Shown: positions 19,747 to 29,387 of the stretch, one piece after another
Numbering within the stretch: position 1 is the stretch's first letter
Layout of the letters: each line of letters begins with the position of its first letter
From: Phycisphaerales bacterium
GTDB taxonomy: Bacteria > Planctomycetota > Phycisphaerae > WQYP01
DNA length: 64,000 bases
Direction: 5' to 3'
Assembly: GCA_027451365.1 (NCBI GenBank)
Contig: DAIDJN010000084.1
Coordinates: forward strand, 62,869 to 126,868
Notes under the pieces: generated by a model
Told to the model about the DNA's origin: nothing
The model's database searches: none
What the model saw: only the letters and a program-made list of their open reading frames with translations
Position numbers and translations under genes: made by a program

Positions 19747-21320
19747 ACTGTCGCCAGCTCCTCAGTTGGCAAATGGCCGGCCATGGCCCGTCCGATGGCC
19801 GCAATATCGGCTTCACCGGCGGTGGTCTGAAAAATAATTCTACCATGGAAAATCACCAGGATGCGATCGGCAAGCTCCAGCACTTCATCCAGGTCTTCGC
19901 TGATGAGCAAGACCGCTGCGCCGTGGTTGCGAGCGGCCATAATCTGGGAGCGAATGTCGGCGGTGGCGTGAAAGTCCAATCCGTAACATGGATTTGCAGT
20001 GATCAGCACTTCCGAAGGCTCGGCCAGTTCGCGAGCCAGCACAGCCCGCTGAATATTTCCGCCGGATAGATTCCGAATGGGTGATTCAGGCGAAGGCGTT
20101 TTGACATTGTAACGCCGAATAAGGTCCACCGCGTACCGGCGGAGGCGGCCGCCGTGGAGAAAAAAGCCAAGGAATCGATGCGGCTTGCGATCAAAATTCC
20201 GCATGGCCATATTCTTTGTTACACTTAAATGGGCGACACAGGTGTTGTGCAGCGGTTCTTCCGGCAGGCAGTTCAGGCGATGGTCCTGAATTTCACGTCG
20301 CGTTCCATAATAGGGTTTGCCGCGCACCAGAATGCGTCCGCCGGTCAATGTCCGTTGTCCGGCGATGACTTCGATTAAAGCCCGCTGACCATTTCCGGAC
20401 ACTCCAGCGATGCCGACCACTTCGCCGCCGCGAACAGACAGCGTCAGTCCATCCAAGGCTTTGACCCCGGTGGCTTCAAGGGCTTCAATATCCGACAATT
20501 CCAGTTTGACAACCCCCGGAGATTCGTCCCCACGCGCCGCGGTCTGAACCACTTTATCCGCCCCGATCATCCAGTCGGCCATCTGGGACTGGTCCAGTTT
20601 TGAAACCGTTCCGGCACCGGCGAATTTTCCGTTGCGCAGGACGGTGCAGTCATCGGCGAATCGCATGACCTCGCGGAAACGATGCGTGATCAGGACGATG
20701 GTCAGGTCTCCGCGATGCACCATTTCCTGAAGCATACCCAGGACTTCCTCGGTTTCGCCGGGGGTCAGGGACGAGGTAGGCTCATCCAGAAACAGCAGTT
20801 TTGTTTTCAGATACAACTGTTTAAGAATTTCAAGTTTTTGCTTCTCACCGGCGGAAAGGCTGCTGATTACCATACTTGGATTTAACTTAAACGGCATGGT
20901 GGCCATGAAGGCTTCGACTTCCGCGCGTTCTTTGGCCCATGGAATAATGCGGGGGACATGCACGCGGGCGAGAACCATGTTTTCCAATACGGTCATGTTC
21001 TGTACGAGTGTAAAGTGCTGGTAGACCATTCCCATGCCCAGATCGCGAGCCTCGCGCGGGTCACGGACCGAAACCTGTTGATGGCCTAGTACAATTTCAC
21101 CCCGGTCCGCGTGGTAAAACCCCATCACACATTTGACCAGAGTGCTTTTGCCAGCGCCGTTGCCGCCCAGGAGTGCGTGAATGGTGCCGGGCCGAACTTT
21201 TAGATTCACGTCATCGAGTGCGGCCAGCGATCCAAACCGTTTGCTCATGCCGATAACTTCAAGACCTGGAGCTTTTGGTTTTACCGCCGGGGTCAAATCT
21301 GCCTCTGAGTTCAAAATCAT
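19743..21320 (-). CDS. ABC transporter ATP-binding protein (CUT2/nucleoside type, two NBDs)
   Basis: [46 protein letters not shown] adjoins the biuH stop. Confidence 0.93.
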   Translation of the reverse strand: MILNSEADLTPAVKPKAPGLEVIGMSKRFGSLAALDDVNLKVRPGTIHALLGGNGAGKSTLVKCVMGFYHADRGEIVLGHQQVSVRDPREARDLGMGMVYQHFTLVQNMTVLENMVLARVHVPRIIPWAKERAEVEAFMATMPFKLNPSMVISSLSAGEKQKLEILKQLYLKTKLLFLDEPTSSLTPGETEEVLGMLQEMVHRGDLTIVLITHRFREVMRFADDCTVLRNGKFAGAGTVSKLDQSQMADWMIGADKVVQTAARGDESPGVVKLELSDIEALEATGVKALDGLTLSVRGGEVVGIAGVSGNGQRALIEVIAGQRTLTGGRILVRGKPYYGTRREIQDHRLNCLPEEPLHNTCVAHLSVTKNMAMRNFDRKPHRFLGFFLHGGRLRRYAVDLIRRYNVKTPSPESPIRNLSGGNIQRAVLARELAEPSEVLITANPCYGLDFHATADIRSQIMAARNHGAAVLLISEDLDEVLELADRILVIFHGRIIFQTTAGEADIAAIGRAMAGHLPTEELATV

Positions 21321-22012
21321 CAAATAGCCTCCAGAACAGCTTGTGAAGTTCCGACCGCGCCGAAAACACCATTCTGCATTTTGACCATATTCAATGCGGC
21401 TGTGTGGTTGGCCGGGTCGGTAGCCGCACAGCAATCGGAAAGAATGAGACATTCATAACCGCGGTCATTGGCGTCGCGCATGGTGGTATGCACACAGACG
21501 TCCGTGGTAATGCCCGAAAGAATAATATTCCGGATGCCGCGCTGTCGCAGAATCAGGTCCAGGTCGGTGGCGTAAAAAGACCCCTTGCCCGGTTTGTCGA
21601 TAATGGTTTCGCCCTGCAACGGCGCAAGTTCCGGCACAATATTCCAGCCGGGTTCGCCGCGAATCAGCACCCTGCCGCAGGGGCCGGGATCGCCAATTCC
21701 CGCGTGGCCCTGCCGGGAGCGCCAGCGTTTGTTGGCCGGCAGATCGGAAAGATCGGGACGGTGACCTTCCCGCGTATGGAGAATATGGAATCCGGTCTGG
21801 CGCAGGACGGATAAAATATTCCGGATTGGCGCAATACAGGCGCGGGTAATGGAGATATCGTAGCCAAGAAGATCGATATATCCGCCTTTGCCGCAGAAAT
21901 CAGTCTGCATGTCAATGATTATCAGGGCCGTATTGGCCGGACGAAGATCTCCATCAAAGGGCCACAAATACGGTTGCGATTTGACATATCGCCCCTGGGT
22001 TGGCTGTGTCAT
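21320..22012 (-). CDS. biuH: biuret amidohydrolase
   Basis: [58 protein letters not shown] closely match recalled Rhizobium BiuH. Confidence 0.88.
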   Translation of the reverse strand: MTQPTQGRYVKSQPYLWPFDGDLRPANTALIIIDMQTDFCGKGGYIDLLGYDISITRACIAPIRNILSVLRQTGFHILHTREGHRPDLSDLPANKRWRSRQGHAGIGDPGPCGRVLIRGEPGWNIVPELAPLQGETIIDKPGKGSFYATDLDLILRQRGIRNIILSGITTDVCVHTTMRDANDRGYECLILSDCCAATDPANHTAALNMVKMQNGVFGAVGTSQAVLEAI

Positions 22013-22716
22013 TTGAGTGCCTCCAGCAGATCGGTGGATTTGGCGACCACGCCGAATATTGCGCCGACCCGCACCTGCCAGACGGACATGGCGTGACTGG
22101 CCGGATTGACGGCAGCGCAGCAATCTTCCAGCAGCAGACATTCATAACCGCGGTCATTGGCCTCACGCAAGGTCGTATGCACACAGACATCCGTGGTAAC
22201 GCCTGCGACTGCCAGATTGCGGATGCCGCGCGTCCGCAGAATCAAATCCAGGTCTGTTGCGTAGAAGGCGCCTTTGCCCGGCTTATCCACAACCGGCTCG
22301 CCGGGCAGTGGCGCAAGTTCAGGCACAATTTCCCAGCCTGGCTCGCCACGGGTCAGCGCCATGCCGCACGGTCCGGGATCGCGTCCTATTGGCACACCCG
22401 CGCGGGCCAGCCGCCAAGCCTTGTTGGCGGGCACATCCGCGGAATCGCGACGATGGCCTTCGCGCGTGTGAATAATATGAAACCCGCCGACGCGCATCGC
22501 TTCAAGCACCTTGGCCACAGCGGGAATAACCGCACGGGTACCGCTGACCGGCAAACCGAGGCGGTCAATGAATCCACCTTTGGAGCAAAAATCGTGTTGC
22601 ATGTCGATTACCAGCAGCGCAGTGTTTGACGGCCGCAGATCACCATCAAATGGCCACGGGTAAATTTCCGCCTGGACGCGGGAATATGCCTTTTCGGAAT
22701 GGAGTTTGGCGGTCAT
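22009..22716 (-). CDS. BiuH-like cysteine hydrolase paralog, divergent specificity
   Basis: D-K-C triad intact (IDMQ, DKPGKG, TTDVC) but GGFID, NKAWRL and WQVRVGAIFG differ from BiuH. Confidence 0.85.
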   Translation of the reverse strand: MTAKLHSEKAYSRVQAEIYPWPFDGDLRPSNTALLVIDMQHDFCSKGGFIDRLGLPVSGTRAVIPAVAKVLEAMRVGGFHIIHTREGHRRDSADVPANKAWRLARAGVPIGRDPGPCGMALTRGEPGWEIVPELAPLPGEPVVDKPGKGAFYATDLDLILRTRGIRNLAVAGVTTDVCVHTTLREANDRGYECLLLEDCCAAVNPASHAMSVWQVRVGAIFGVVAKSTDLLEALK

Positions 22717-23639
22717 CGGAGGCTCGCCCCCAGTTCGGCCGGCGCGCCAACCCAAGCCCGTGTTTTTGAACAGGTCAGAATCATAATAACGAGCGTGAGA
22801 ATATAGGGCGCGGCGTTGAAAAGGTAGGTGAAGGAACTGAAACCCGCCGCCTGAAGCGCCGGGCCGATTGCCTTGGCACCACCGAAGATGACTGCGGCAT
22901 AGATACAGTTGATTGGATTCCAGCGTGCGAAAATCACCAAAGCCACGGCCATCAGGCCCTGACCGCTGGAAATATTGTTGTTCCATGAACCCGGATAATA
23001 CAGTGATAGAAACGCCCCGCCGATGCCGGCGATAAACCCGCCGACGGCCGTTGCCAGAAAGCGGATCATTTTCACGGAATAACCCATGGCACGGGATGCA
23101 TCGGTACTTTCACCGGCGACGCGCACAATCATACCCCACCGCGTGTAGCGGAAGGCCCACCAGAAGAAGATTGCCAGAGCCACGCCGACCGGCAGGAGAA
23201 TATTCATTTTCAAGGCGGCAACAATTTCGGAATGATTGCTCCACCAGCCCAGATTGATGGAGCCTAACTGGGGTGCCTGAGGCTGAATCAGCGGCCGGCC
23301 CAGATAAAACGCTATCCCCTGGCCGAAAAACATCATGGCAATTCCGAGTGCGATATCATTAACCCTGGGGAAGGAACAGAGCCATCCGTGGAGGCCGCCC
23401 ATAATAAATCCGACGCCCGCTGCAGCGAGGACACCGAGCCATGGCGACCCGGTCAGATAGGCGACGCCATATCCGGTCATGGCACCCATGACCAAGGTGC
23501 CTTCCTGCCCAAGGTTAATGCGGCCGCTCTTTTCGGTAAGGCACTCGCCAAGCGAGACAAAAAGAAATGGCGGACTAAGGCGTAAAATGCCTCCGAGAAT
23601 CGCCAGGGGAACGCCCCAAAATCCAAGGCCGGAACTCAT
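22713..23639 (-). CDS. ABC transporter permease
   Basis: GE..TEKSG.INLG.EG, GQGLMAVALVIFARW, PYILT; multi-TM. Confidence 0.92.
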   Translation of the reverse strand: MSSGLGFWGVPLAILGGILRLSPPFLFVSLGECLTEKSGRINLGQEGTLVMGAMTGYGVAYLTGSPWLGVLAAAGVGFIMGGLHGWLCSFPRVNDIALGIAMMFFGQGIAFYLGRPLIQPQAPQLGSINLGWWSNHSEIVAALKMNILLPVGVALAIFFWWAFRYTRWGMIVRVAGESTDASRAMGYSVKMIRFLATAVGGFIAGIGGAFLSLYYPGSWNNNISSGQGLMAVALVIFARWNPINCIYAAVIFGGAKAIGPALQAAGFSSFTYLFNAAPYILTLVIMILTCSKTRAWVGAPAELGASLR

Positions 23640-24748
23640 ATCTTCACCCGTGGTTGAAAGATTTTCCATCTGCCGTAGAGAGTCTCGGAAGCGAGAATAA
23701 ATACGAACAGTAGTCCCTGAAACACCAGCGCGGCGGAATTTGGCAGGCCAAGCTGCGTCTGGAGCAGAATTTTTCCAGCGTGAACGCCGCCCAGTAAAAT
23801 GGCAACAGGAATAATGGCCAGCGGATTCTGGCGTGCCATAAAGGCGACCAGAATTCCTGCGTAACCATAACCGACATTCAGGCCGTCGTTGGCGCGCTCC
23901 TGCACGGCGGCAACTTGAATCATGCCAGCCAAACCGGCACAGGCGCCGCCCAGAAAAGCGAACCAGACAATCAGGCGATTGATTTTAATTCCGGACAGCC
24001 TGGCGGCCTTGGGGTTACCGCCGGCCAAGTCGGCCGAAAACCCGATAGTGGTATGCTGGGTAAGCAGCCACGCCAGAACACAGACGACCAGCCCGACGAC
24101 CAGCCCCCAGTGCACCTGGCTATTGCCGATATCGGTGAACATATTGTTGTCACCAATGCTATACGTGGATGGGTTATTTAATGAGCTGGGATCGTGGAAC
24201 GCCCCTTCCACAAGCTGATTAAAAATTGCGATTGCGATGTAATTCATCAGCAGCGTGCTGATGGTTTCGTTTACCCCGCGATAAACGCGAAGCATGGCCG
24301 GCAGCATGATCCACAGGCCGCCCACCAGGCAACCTGCAGCGCCCATCACCAGCCAGACTATCAGCGGTGGTGCATTTGGCACAAAGTGGGCAGCCTCAGC
24401 GGCAAATAATCCGCCCAGAACAAAAGCGCCTTCGCCCCCTATCACAATCAGTCCGGTGCGGGCTGGCAGTGCGGTGCAAAGGCCCGTAAGCAGCAAAGGA
24501 GCCGCCTTGACCAGCGTGACCTGCCAGGAAAAGCTGGTTCCAAAGCCGCCCAAGTACATCGCGTAAAGGGCGCTGATCGGATTGACCTTCAGCAGGGCAA
24601 CAAACACGCTGAAGGCCATCACCGAGGCTAGGAGAGCAACCCCGGTGATGGCCAGCGATTCAGCAAGTTTAAGCAGCACGTCACTGCGCGCCCGGACCGC
24701 ATTGGGAACGGGAAGACTGATCCAGGTTTGTGGTCGAGTGAGTCGCAT
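23636..24748 (-). CDS. ABC transporter permease
   Basis: IGGEG, GVNETISTLLMNY, GYGYAGILVAF; multi-TM. Confidence 0.92.
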   Translation of the reverse strand: MRLTRPQTWISLPVPNAVRARSDVLLKLAESLAITGVALLASVMAFSVFVALLKVNPISALYAMYLGGFGTSFSWQVTLVKAAPLLLTGLCTALPARTGLIVIGGEGAFVLGGLFAAEAAHFVPNAPPLIVWLVMGAAGCLVGGLWIMLPAMLRVYRGVNETISTLLMNYIAIAIFNQLVEGAFHDPSSLNNPSTYSIGDNNMFTDIGNSQVHWGLVVGLVVCVLAWLLTQHTTIGFSADLAGGNPKAARLSGIKINRLIVWFAFLGGACAGLAGMIQVAAVQERANDGLNVGYGYAGILVAFMARQNPLAIIPVAILLGGVHAGKILLQTQLGLPNSAALVFQGLLFVFILASETLYGRWKIFQPRVKI

Positions 24749-24750
24749 GT

Positions 24751-25890
24751 TCAATTCCAGCTGATTTTGCCAATAACCCCTTTGACCAGATAGTTCATCG
24801 AATCAAGTTTGGGGTCCGCATCGTGATAAATAACGCCGGCGGGAATCACAAGTTTTCCCGTATTGGAATACAAAGGTCCTTTGAAAATCTGGAACTTTCC
24901 GGCAAGAAACAGCTTCTTGACGGCCAGTGCGGCCATTTTGGCCTTCATGGAAACAGCCGGGCCGAATGGATCCAGCTTCACGACACCATCACGAAATCCT
25001 TGCATAATGCTGTGGGGGAATGGCTTGCCAGCCATTTTATCCATGACAAGTTCCTTGTAGATTGGTGCCCAATTCCAGGCAGATCCGGTCAGAAAACCTT
25101 TGGGATAGAGCTTTGCACCATTGAAATGGTAACCACATACATAGATGCCGCGGCTTTTTGCGGTCAGAATAATCTGTTTGGGGCTGTCCACGTGCATCGT
25201 CACGACATCGATGCCCTGATCAGCCAGACTGTTGACCGACTGGGCTTCCTTGACGGGCTGGAACCAGTCACCGGTGAAGATAACCGTGCAGGTCGCTTTG
25301 GGATTTACGGACATGGCGCCGAGGGTGAAGGCATTGATGTCGCGCAGAACCTGCGGAATTGGCTTGGCGGCAATGAAGCCGAGCTTGTTGGTTTTGGTGG
25401 TGTAACCCGCCACGATTCCAGTGAGATATTCCACTTCATCCACGTCACCAAAGTAAGTCGCCACATTTTTGGGAGTTTTGCCCGGCACATAGTCGCCGCC
25501 GCAATGGACGAACAGCACGCCGGGGTACTTGGGAGCCAGCTTGCAGACGAACGGAAAATAGCCGTAGGACGTGGCAAAAATTACCTTGGCGTTGTCAAAA
25601 TTAATCATGCTTTGCATGGTCTGGGTGACGGCAATGGTTTCCGGCACGTTGTCCTGCACAACAACCTTGACGCCGGGAATTTTTTTCAGTGTCTTGCCGG
25701 CGACGGCCTGGGCTTCATTGTAACCCCAGTCCTTGGTGGATCCGACGGTGATCACACCAACCGTGGTCCCGGCAAACAGGGAGCGCGTCATGCCGCCAAA
25801 CGTCAGGACCAGGCTAAGCAAAACCGCGAACATTGGAATCCAGGGCGCTGCGGGCACCAAGGAACGATATGGCAAACGTATTCGATTCAT
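24751..25890 (-). CDS. BMP-family ABC substrate-binding protein
   Basis: DWGYNEA, IFATSYGY, INAFTLG, FTGDW, HVDSP; signal peptide. Confidence 0.92.
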   Translation of the reverse strand: MNRIRLPYRSLVPAAPWIPMFAVLLSLVLTFGGMTRSLFAGTTVGVITVGSTKDWGYNEAQAVAGKTLKKIPGVKVVVQDNVPETIAVTQTMQSMINFDNAKVIFATSYGYFPFVCKLAPKYPGVLFVHCGGDYVPGKTPKNVATYFGDVDEVEYLTGIVAGYTTKTNKLGFIAAKPIPQVLRDINAFTLGAMSVNPKATCTVIFTGDWFQPVKEAQSVNSLADQGIDVVTMHVDSPKQIILTAKSRGIYVCGYHFNGAKLYPKGFLTGSAWNWAPIYKELVMDKMAGKPFPHSIMQGFRDGVVKLDPFGPAVSMKAKMAALAVKKLFLAGKFQIFKGPLYSNTGKLVIPAGVIYHDADPKLDSMNYLVKGVIGKISWN

Positions 25891-25929
25891 GGTTAATCCT
25901 CAAAAAATGGTGACTGCGTATACACGTAA

Positions 25930-26976
25930 TCAAAAGAACACATTGATACCGGCTGTGCCGACATAAATATTCCGATGACCACCCGTTCCGAGAATAGTAG
26001 AGGCCTTCATCAGATTATCATTCAGTTCATTGTAATATTGAAAACCAGCAAACGCGTTCCAGGCACCGAACTTGATCGGAACAAACGAAAGCGGGACTGA
26101 AAGTTGCACGCCTGATGACAGCACGCCAAAATTGTTGTTGGTTTGCCCGGAGGCGTCCCAGAAATCCTTCGGACCAACTGTTACCCAAGTGGGGAACGAG
26201 AGGGTGATGGGGTATTTCTTGATCGCGTGAATGGTAAGCGTGGGAACAGCGCCGATTTCCACATCAAACGTATTGCCGCTCTTTCCAGTCACCACGGTGG
26301 AACTTCCGGCAACCGCGTAGAATGGATTGACATAGGGGTTGATTGAAAAGTCCTTGACAAATGTATCGTGATAACTCAGCTTCAACGACAAATTCTGTTC
26401 CGTTGTGTAAGAACCGTTCGGGCTTATAAAATCCACATATTGCAAATCTACGGTCAACGCTTTGGCCAACGTGGTCTTAACGCCGAAGAAGGGGTCAATT
26501 TCCTGAAACGCCCCATCGTGAGGAGCGTGCTGCTGACTGTTCCAGTCCTGCCAGATGCCGCCGTAGGCGGTGACATCGGTCAGAAATCCCTTGCCGCTGT
26601 AAAGTTCCATGTTCACGACCGTTAAAGGCTGCCAAGTGGCACCTTTATCAGACACATGCAAGCCGCGCGGCGTGATATAGTCGGTTGAAAATGTGGACTG
26701 AATGAACACAGAAAATGCGGAACCGAGCGTATCCTTGGGAGCCCCATCCAGCGATGCAACCTGGTTGGTGCCATCCGATTTCTGATTCTGGCCATTGACG
26801 GCGTTGTACAGCGCATCGTGCGTTGACGCCGCGGTAGTTGCGGTTCCGGACGCCGGAACGCCGGCCAGACTTGGATCGACCGCGGTTGTTGCCGCGGCGC
26901 AATAGCCAGTGCCCGCGCTGATGGCGGCGGCCGCTATCAGACAAATAAACTTGCTCTTCATTGGTACAATATTCAT
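25930..26976 (-). CDS. putative outer-membrane beta-barrel/porin
   Basis: Signal peptide, amphipathic beta pattern, C-terminal VGTAGINVFF, AGGAG RBS; first large gene of the operon. Confidence 0.65.
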   Translation of the reverse strand: MNIVPMKSKFICLIAAAAISAGTGYCAAATTAVDPSLAGVPASGTATTAASTHDALYNAVNGQNQKSDGTNQVASLDGAPKDTLGSAFSVFIQSTFSTDYITPRGLHVSDKGATWQPLTVVNMELYSGKGFLTDVTAYGGIWQDWNSQQHAPHDGAFQEIDPFFGVKTTLAKALTVDLQYVDFISPNGSYTTEQNLSLKLSYHDTFVKDFSINPYVNPFYAVAGSSTVVTGKSGNTFDVEIGAVPTLTIHAIKKYPITLSFPTWVTVGPKDFWDASGQTNNNFGVLSSGVQLSVPLSFVPIKFGAWNAFAGFQYYNELNDNLMKASTILGTGGHRNIYVGTAGINVFF

Positions 26977-27270
26977 TTTAACTTCTCCTGAAAACAGTTG
27001 ACGAAACCCCGGCCGGTCTAAGCAACAAGCCAAACCGTAAAGGCCGCGCCGCACAACAGGTGCAGCACCAGAGGGGCGATTTCACGCACCCAAAAACACA
27101 GAAGGAAACACATTATCTATCAGGCATGTCGGTCCTCCTTAAAAAAAGGAAAGAGCCTAATCTAGGGCGAACGAATTGAATTTCGATCAGCGCTGGCAAA
27201 AAATACCGAAACACTGAACATCGTTCCCCTTTGGAACGAGGGTTCAATCCGAATCACCGTGAAGTGTCAG

Positions 27271-27286
27271 AGCAAAAGCGGTGCCG
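27271..27286 (-). promoter_or_regulatory. sigma54 (-24/-12) promoter of the biuret/triuret operon
   Basis: CGGCACCGCTTTTGCT = GG-N10-GC, close to TGGCAC-N5-TTGCW. Confidence 0.8.
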
Positions 27287-27410
27287 AATTCAGATTGGCC
27301 TGCGTCCAGATCAACCACCATCGCGTGGGAAAGTGACAAAACGCCGCAGTTCCTTGGTTACCTGCCAATCTGTATGCGATCGGATTGACTTAATTCAATT
27401 ATTAAGATTC

Positions 27411-27457
27411 TGCATACAATAGCGGCAGCATAGGCAGTCAAGCACGCCTTTTGGGCA
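27411..27457. promoter_or_regulatory. tandem NtrC-like enhancer sites
   Basis: TGCATACAATAGCGGCA and AGCACGCCTTTTGGGCA, 30 bp apart and ~125-170 bp upstream of the sigma54 promoter; degenerate TGCAC-N7-GTGCA. Confidence 0.45.
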
Positions 27458-27497
27458 ACCGCCCCCCCCTCCCGCTGCGGCGCGACGGTCTTTCGAC

Positions 27498-28229
27498 CTA
27501 TGGCTGCGGCGGTAAAGTATGCCGCCAAGCATGAAGAACGTGCTCTACAATCTGCTCCACTGCAACGCCATGGGTCACCTGAGCGAATACAAACGGGCCG
27601 CCGGCTCGCATTTTTGACGCATCTCGTGCCATGATTTCCAGATTCGCGCCAACGGCGGCCGCCAGGTCCGTTTTGTTGATCACCAGCAAATCCGCCTGGG
27701 TAATCCCGGGCCCACCCTTTCGTGGAATTTTGTCCCCACCCGCCACATCAATCACATATATAATGTAATCTGCCAATTCGCGGCTGAAATTCGCCGCCAG
27801 ATTATCGCCACCGGATTCTATCAGCAACAACTGGGGCGAAAACGCCTTTTGCAAATCCTCCAGAGCCAGAAGATTCGCGGATATATCCTCGCGGATGGCC
27901 GCGTGTGGGCAACCGCCCGTCTGCACGGCCACAATTCGCTCGGCCGGTAAAGCGGCATTGCGAATCAAAAATTCTCCATCCTCCTGGGTGAAAATGTCAT
28001 TCGTGACTGCGGCAATGTTCATGGAATCACGCAATCGGCGACATAACGCCAGCATCAACGCGGTTTTGCCGCTGCCCACCGGTCCGCCGATGCCAATGGT
28101 GAACGCCCTCTTTTTCCAATCCCGATTCTGATGCGGCATTTCCCGCTGATGAAAATGCCCAGCATGATCCATTAACTCATGATGATGATCTGGGGCATTG
28201 GGATGAAGCGGGCCGTTGATTCGGTGCAT
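27498..28229 (-). CDS. ureG: urease accessory GTPase UreG with His-rich N-terminus
   Basis: [38 protein letters not shown]. Confidence 0.96.
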   Translation of the reverse strand: MHRINGPLHPNAPDHHHELMDHAGHFHQREMPHQNRDWKKRAFTIGIGGPVGSGKTALMLALCRRLRDSMNIAAVTNDIFTQEDGEFLIRNAALPAERIVAVQTGGCPHAAIREDISANLLALEDLQKAFSPQLLLIESGGDNLAANFSRELADYIIYVIDVAGGDKIPRKGGPGITQADLLVINKTDLAAAVGANLEIMARDASKMRAGGPFVFAQVTHGVAVEQIVEHVLHAWRHTLPPQP

Positions 28230-28293
28230 AAAGCATACTCCTTAAAGAACAATAGCAATCCAATTTAGCGAATCTGTATCCACCGGCGATGGC

Positions 28294-28962
28294 CTACGAG
28301 ACAAAAAGGCGCCACGGAAGCCGATCGTGAACGCCTTGAAATATTTCCAGAAGCGGTTGCGTCTGAAACGCATTGTCAACGGAAATGCGACGGAAGTTTA
28401 GAGCCAGGACACCTATCTGAGTTCCCAGTTCTCTTTGCAACCGCTGGCCCAGAGTCGGTCCAAGCACACCCAACCGAACGGCGGCAGCCGTCAGCCCGCG
28501 TATATGGCAGAACAAATACACATTTCCTATGCAATCTGCGCTTAAATTAAGTGCCGCGGCGACCGCGCCAAATACAACCGGCAAATGACAGTCGGAGTTC
28601 GCCAACAGTTTCAATCCGGAATGTGCCTGATCGTCATTAAATATGTCCTGCACCGCGCGCATCAGGGCCCTCCCCTGGGCAACGCTTGCCCGTCGGGCGG
28701 CGTGGTTCATCGATAGTATGGAAAATCGGCCATCCAATTGCGTGGCTTGCAGAGGCGATTGAAACGCCGCGTATAAAAACGGCAAATGTTGTGCGGCCAC
28801 TTGCTCCACGCTTTGGCGGCAAGTCTGTCGCAAGGCGGCCAAATCACCAATTTGCCGACAATGCAGCATTGCCTCTAGACCAGACGAATGGGCGAAGCCG
28901 CCAGTCGGAAACGCTGAATCAAGGAGTTGCCAAAGTACAAATGTTTCGCTTCGTTCGGTCAT
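28294..28962 (-). CDS. ureF: urease accessory protein UreF
   Basis: WQLLDSAFPTGGFAHSSGLE, AAVRLG..GP, H..L..RLF.S. Confidence 0.93.
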   Translation of the reverse strand: MTERSETFVLWQLLDSAFPTGGFAHSSGLEAMLHCRQIGDLAALRQTCRQSVEQVAAQHLPFLYAAFQSPLQATQLDGRFSILSMNHAARRASVAQGRALMRAVQDIFNDDQAHSGLKLLANSDCHLPVVFGAVAAALNLSADCIGNVYLFCHIRGLTAAAVRLGVLGPTLGQRLQRELGTQIGVLALNFRRISVDNAFQTQPLLEIFQGVHDRLPWRLFVS

Positions 28963-29058
28963 AAGATTAATCGATCCACTATTCAGACTGTCACCATGCG
29001 CGGCAAATCAGGTTCCGTAAAACCGCCGCTGCGCAACTTTCGTTCAGTCGGTCAAACA

Positions 29059-29074
29059 AGCAAACGAAATGCCC
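29059..29074 (-). promoter_or_regulatory. sigma54 promoter of ureFG
   Basis: GGGCATTTCGTTTGCT = GG-N10-GC. Confidence 0.65.
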
Positions 29075-29191
29075 GTTTTCTATTTACAGCCCGTCATGGA
29101 ATTTAATAATCAATAATATCCGCGATTGGTGGAAAACCTTACCATGCCCCTGCCGAAGCCGGCGATCCGTTCTGAGAATTTTTTTGGGGCC

Positions 29192-29207
29192 CGGTACGCG
29201 GTTTGCA
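29192..29207 (+). promoter_or_regulatory. sigma54 promoter of the urt-ure operon
   Basis: CGGTACGCGGTTTGCA = GG-N10-GC. Confidence 0.72.
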
Positions 29208-29387
29208 TACCTTTTACATTCGTGGTGCCGGCATCGATGAGTGTTTACTCACGACCGACGCGGAAACCAGCGGCATGCCGGGTTCACTTTTAACAGTTTG
29301 CCGGTGCTTGCTTATGGGTTCTCGGCGCTGGAGGACTTTTTTTTGTCCGCCGGAGCAGGTTGTTCCTTTTTTTAAGGAGACTCGTTG

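Noticed and set aside
24823..25896. Long antisense ORFs (also 57027-58001, 51919-52800, 39688-40539)
   Set aside because: Shadows of well-supported genes on the opposite strand with no recognisable motifs
26977..29387. Guanidine or other riboswitch in the nitrogen operon leaders
   Set aside because: No ykkC or mini-ykkC (paired ACGR hairpin) pattern recognised by eye; cmscan needed
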